48,446 nt of DNA from an uncultured Erysipelotrichaceae bacterium (lineage in GTDB: Bacteria; Bacillota_I; Bacilli_A; Erysipelotrichales; Erysipelotrichaceae), in assembly GCA_964592705.1 (NCBI GenBank), contig CAZQFM010000001.1:1-48446 (forward strand), written 5' to 3'. Each line of letters starts with the position of its first letter. Within the stretch, counting starts at the first letter, position 1. Positions 45,940 through 48,446 of this stretch are shown one piece after another. A program made the translations under genes and the position numbers. The notes under the pieces are model-generated. The model saw nothing but the letters and a program-made list of their open reading frames with translations, did no database searches and was not told the origin of the DNA.

Positions 45940-46803
45940 TCACCTCAAATAGTCTGTAATTCCTTGTGCTAATACAGGCAATGAATTTTTCACTTCTTCA
46001 AAACTATTTACATCTCCTCCTAACTCTATTAATACCATATTAGGACTCATCTGTTGATTATAGTACGCTTCACGAACCATCATCGATCGCATAATACCAT
46101 AAACCTGATTGTTAATCATGTCATTTAACGTCGAACTATTTTTGGTTATAGTATCTGCATTAGAGGATAACCCTCCTACTACCATCATCATCTTAGCATA
46201 TCGTTTTCCATTCACATCAATATAGCTGGCTTCCTTTGGTATGGCATCTCTATGTAAGTCAATAACCAAATCAAAGCCACCATAATTAACAAAAGCTTCA
46301 TTTAAGAAGTTATAAGAAATTCTATAACTCTGATTATAATCCATATTGTGTGCTTTTCCATAAGCCACAAAATCATTTGTTTCTAGTACAACTGTATGGC
46401 CTTGTTCTTGTAATAAATTAGCTAAAATAGCTGCTGCATCTACTACTGTTTCTCCACCTTCATATGCCTCGCTTTGATGCGTATTATAAATATAAATACG
46501 CTTTCCTGTTTGTTGCGGTGTTATGGGTTCTTGTGGGATTTCTGGCACAGGCTTAGGATTTTCTTCTGTAGTCTCAAACTGAAAGTCTTCTTTTTTTAAT
46601 GTGAAGTTTGAATTATACGATAGAACATTAAGCTGTTCTTTAATAGAAATCGTTTCATCAATAGAATGTCGTTTATATACTAATGAGTTTAAGAGTTTCT
46701 CTTCATTTCCAATAGCATCCTTTAACTCATCTATAAACGGTGTCATATATAAAAATAAAAATAGAATACAAACTTTACAAATAATTTGAAGTGTAGATTT
46801 CAT
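45940..46803 (-). CDS. spoIIP: Stage II sporulation protein P (engulfment amidase)
   Basis: 287 aa with an N-terminal TM helix. The C-terminal domain contains ...IYIYNTHQSEAY... and ...DLHRD.... Confidence 0.85.
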   Translation of the reverse strand: MKSTLQIICKVCILFLFLYMTPFIDELKDAIGNEEKLLNSLVYKRHSIDETISIKEQLNVLSYNSNFTLKKEDFQFETTEENPKPVPEIPQEPITPQQTGKRIYIYNTHQSEAYEGGETVVDAAAILANLLQEQGHTVVLETNDFVAYGKAHNMDYNQSYRISYNFLNEAFVNYGGFDLVIDLHRDAIPKEASYIDVNGKRYAKMMMVVGGLSSNADTITKNSSTLNDMINNQVYGIMRSMMVREAYYNQQMSPNMVLIELGGDVNSFEEVKNSLPVLAQGITDYLR

Positions 46804-46852
46804 AAAAAAACACCACCTTGCTACATCTTATGTAGTTAGATGGTGAATCATT

Positions 46853-47731
46853 CTATAGTCGATCATAATCGGGATGAAGTACTTTATTTAGACTTTCTGC
46901 GACAATATAAGTCAAATGCTTAAGTTCATCATCCATTGATTTAGGTGTGACAACTAAATCCAAATTACTATCATCATATATTTTCTGTAAAATTTCTTCT
47001 TTTTCAATTTCTACTTTATCTAAACTTTCCTTTAAGATGGCACCAATACTTGTAACGGTAGCTACTCCTATCGCAAGAACAGGAATCCCTAGTGACTCTT
47101 CATTCAAAGCCATACGATGATTCCCAACACCACTACCTGGTTGAATTCCTGTATTATTAATTTGTACAACACGATTAATACGTGATGTATTACGAGTTGC
47201 TAAAGCATCGACAGCTATAATTAAATCTGGTTGATACGATTGGGCAACACTCTTCACTATATGAAAACTTTCAAGTCCTGTTTGCCCCATAACACCTGGC
47301 TGTATGACAGCTACATTACGTGTACCTTCTAATAGCTCTTTCTCTTCATTCTCATATAAATGTGCTGTTACCATAATTTCATCTGCTACACCTGGTCCTA
47401 AGGCATCAGAAGTTATAAAACGATTTCCTAATCCAACAACTAGTATTTTAGATAATGATAGTTCCATCTTATCAATAATAGTTTGTAAACTTTCGTAAAT
47501 AGCTTCAATAATTTGTTCTCGATCATCATGATCAAATAAATTCTTAAACTCTATGGATACATATTCACCTTTCTCTTTGCCTAATTCATTTTCATCGGTA
47601 AGTATACTTATAGCATTACATTTAAGAAAATCATTCTTTTTTTCAATATGATGATACGTCTTTGACTGAATGTTTTGCGTAATTAATTCATCTGCAAAAT
47701 CGGTACGTATCTGAAATATTTTATTTCCCAT
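46853..47731 (-). CDS. gpr: Germination protease GPR
   Basis: ...IRTDFADE... N-terminus and ...VVGLGN...T.DALGP... motif. I place the start at ATG 47731, preceded by GAGGTGA. The track start at 47767 lacks an RBS. Confidence 0.9.
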   Translation of the reverse strand: MGNKIFQIRTDFADELITQNIQSKTYHHIEKKNDFLKCNAISILTDENELGKEKGEYVSIEFKNLFDHDDREQIIEAIYESLQTIIDKMELSLSKILVVGLGNRFITSDALGPGVADEIMVTAHLYENEEKELLEGTRNVAVIQPGVMGQTGLESFHIVKSVAQSYQPDLIIAVDALATRNTSRINRVVQINNTGIQPGSGVGNHRMALNEESLGIPVLAIGVATVTSIGAILKESLDKVEIEKEEILQKIYDDSNLDLVVTPKSMDDELKHLTYIVAESLNKVLHPDYDRL

Positions 47732-47775
47732 GATATCACCTCTCATGAATAGTATGGTTTTTTTCACGGTTATTA

Positions 47776-47804
47776 TTGCTTTTTAATTTCACTTTTGATA
47801 TAAT
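47776..47804 (+). promoter_or_regulatory. rpsT promoter (TTGCTT-17 nt-TGaTATAAT)
   Basis: TTGCTT at 47776..47781 and TATAAT at 47799..47804 with an extended -10 TG at 47796..47797. Confidence 0.6.
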
Positions 47805-47836
47805 TTGATGGCAATTAGAAACTAGGAGGTGCAAAT

Positions 47837-48100
47837 ATGCCACAAATCCAATCACAGAAAAAACGTGTATTAACAAACAACAAAAGAAATTTAGCTGTAT
47901 CTGCAAGAAAATCAGCTATTAAGACTGCAATTAAAGCAGTATTAGCTGCAGTAGAAGCAAAAGATAAAGAAGCTGCAACTGTAGCATATAATGTTGCTAG
48001 TTCTAAATTAGATAAAGCTGTAGTAAAAGGAATTCACCACAAAAACTACGCAAAAAGACAAAAATCACGTTTAAGCAAAGCAGTAAATTCAATTGCTTAA
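47837..48100 (+). CDS. rpsT: 30S ribosomal protein S20
   Basis: 87-aa basic protein, MPQIQSQKKRVLTNNKRNL... AGGAGGTG RBS. Divergent from gpr, as in B. subtilis. Confidence 0.95.
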   Translation: MPQIQSQKKRVLTNNKRNLAVSARKSAIKTAIKAVLAAVEAKDKEAATVAYNVASSKLDKAVVKGIHHKNYAKRQKSRLSKAVNSIA

Positions 48101-48103
48101 TAG

Positions 48104-48129
48104 AAAAAAACAGGATATCCTGTTTTTTT
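48104..48129. terminator. Bidirectional terminator between rpsT and sdaAA
   Basis: A7, then ACAGGAT/ATCCTGT, then T7: a perfect palindrome. Confidence 0.85.
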
Positions 48130-48162
48130 ATTTCTATATCATTCATTATAATAAAATATATA

Positions 48163-48446
48163 TTATTCATCCATAGGCACAACAGTAGCTAATCCTCCTA
48201 ATGATGTTTCTTTTAATTCAATAGCAAGCTTTTTCCCTGTATAGTTCATAGTATTTACAACCATATCAAAGGAAACTCTATTTTTCTTAACTTCTGAGAT
48301 AAATTGTGCCAATACAGCAGCATCCATAGCACGTAATGCCGCAACAGCATTTCGCTCAATACATGGTATCATTACATATCCACCAACAGGATCACAAGTT
48401 AATCCAAGGTGATGTTCAATTCCCATCTCTGCTGCATATTCGATTT
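48163..48446 (-). CDS. sdaAA: L-serine dehydratase, iron-sulfur-dependent, alpha subunit (C-terminal part; the gene continues beyond the right edge)
   Basis: ...IEHHLGLTCDPVGGYV.IPCIERNA... is a characteristic SdaAA C-terminal region. The reading frame is open to the window end. Confidence 0.85.
   Translation of the reverse strand, partial: IEYAAEMGIEHHLGLTCDPVGGYVMIPCIERNAVAALRAMDAAVLAQFISEVKKNRVSFDMVVNTMNYTGKKLAIELKETSLGGLATVVPMDE

Noticed and set aside
47732-47767. 12-codon N-terminal extension of gpr in the ORF track
   Set aside because: There is no RBS before 47767. ATG 47731 is preceded by GAGGTGA and matches the conserved GPR N-terminus.
47735-47775. Forespore (sigma-F/G)-type promoter for gpr: GCAAT-18 nt-CATACTA
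   Set aside because: The -10 fits CATnnTA but the -35 is only a partial match to GnATR. From sequence alone it cannot be separated from chance in AT-rich DNA.
1-48446. Mobile elements, prophage, defence islands, rRNA or tRNA genes
   Set aside because: I recognised no transposase, integrase, recombinase, phage structural gene or restriction-modification gene, and no tRNA-like or rRNA-like sequence. The accessory-looking genes lack flanking direct or inverted repeats that I could detect by eye.

Overview
AT-rich chromosomal segment from a low-GC, endospore-forming Firmicute. It holds about 50 genes, nearly all on the minus strand and tightly packed. I saw no rRNA or tRNA genes, CRISPR array, transposase or integrase. 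Most of the window is conserved housekeeping and sporulation core, and the gene order echoes several Bacillus subtilis neighbourhoods. From left to right: spoVAC-AD-AE-AF; parE-parC divergent from plsY; type III glutamine synthetase; an ABC-F ATPase; an M20 peptidase; pdp-folA-thyA; a pseudouridine synthase with a YtgP-like flippase; dpaA-dpaB-dapA followed by two tiny sporulation-type genes; tyrS with a Tyr T-box; ccpA-like, DUF948 and murC; thioredoxin-like, trmB and pepV; pnp and rpsO; hemW and lepA; fmt; yqxA-like, spoIIP and gpr divergent from rpsT; and a partial sdaAA. Four accessory-looking insertions interrupt this core. (1) Between lepA and hemW sits a two-gene cassette. It encodes a Spo0A-like protein whose receiver domain has lost the phospho-acceptor Asp and the conserved Lys, preceded by an unassigned 306-aa protein with a C-terminal wHTH. 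This is the most interesting candidate. (2) Between the spoVA operon and parC lie a membrane-anchored MutS-domain-V ATPase and a signal-peptide-less LRR protein built from near-identical 63-bp DNA repeats. (3) The rpsO-pnp junction is expanded to about 1.1 kb and contains an opposite-strand 83-aa ORF matching only the central domain of FakA/YloV. (4) An AlaX-type editing protein lies between rpsO and hemW. One convincing small cysteine-rich CDS (23455..23619) is missing from the ORF track. All calls rest on reading the sequence and recalling family motifs; no searches or computations were run.
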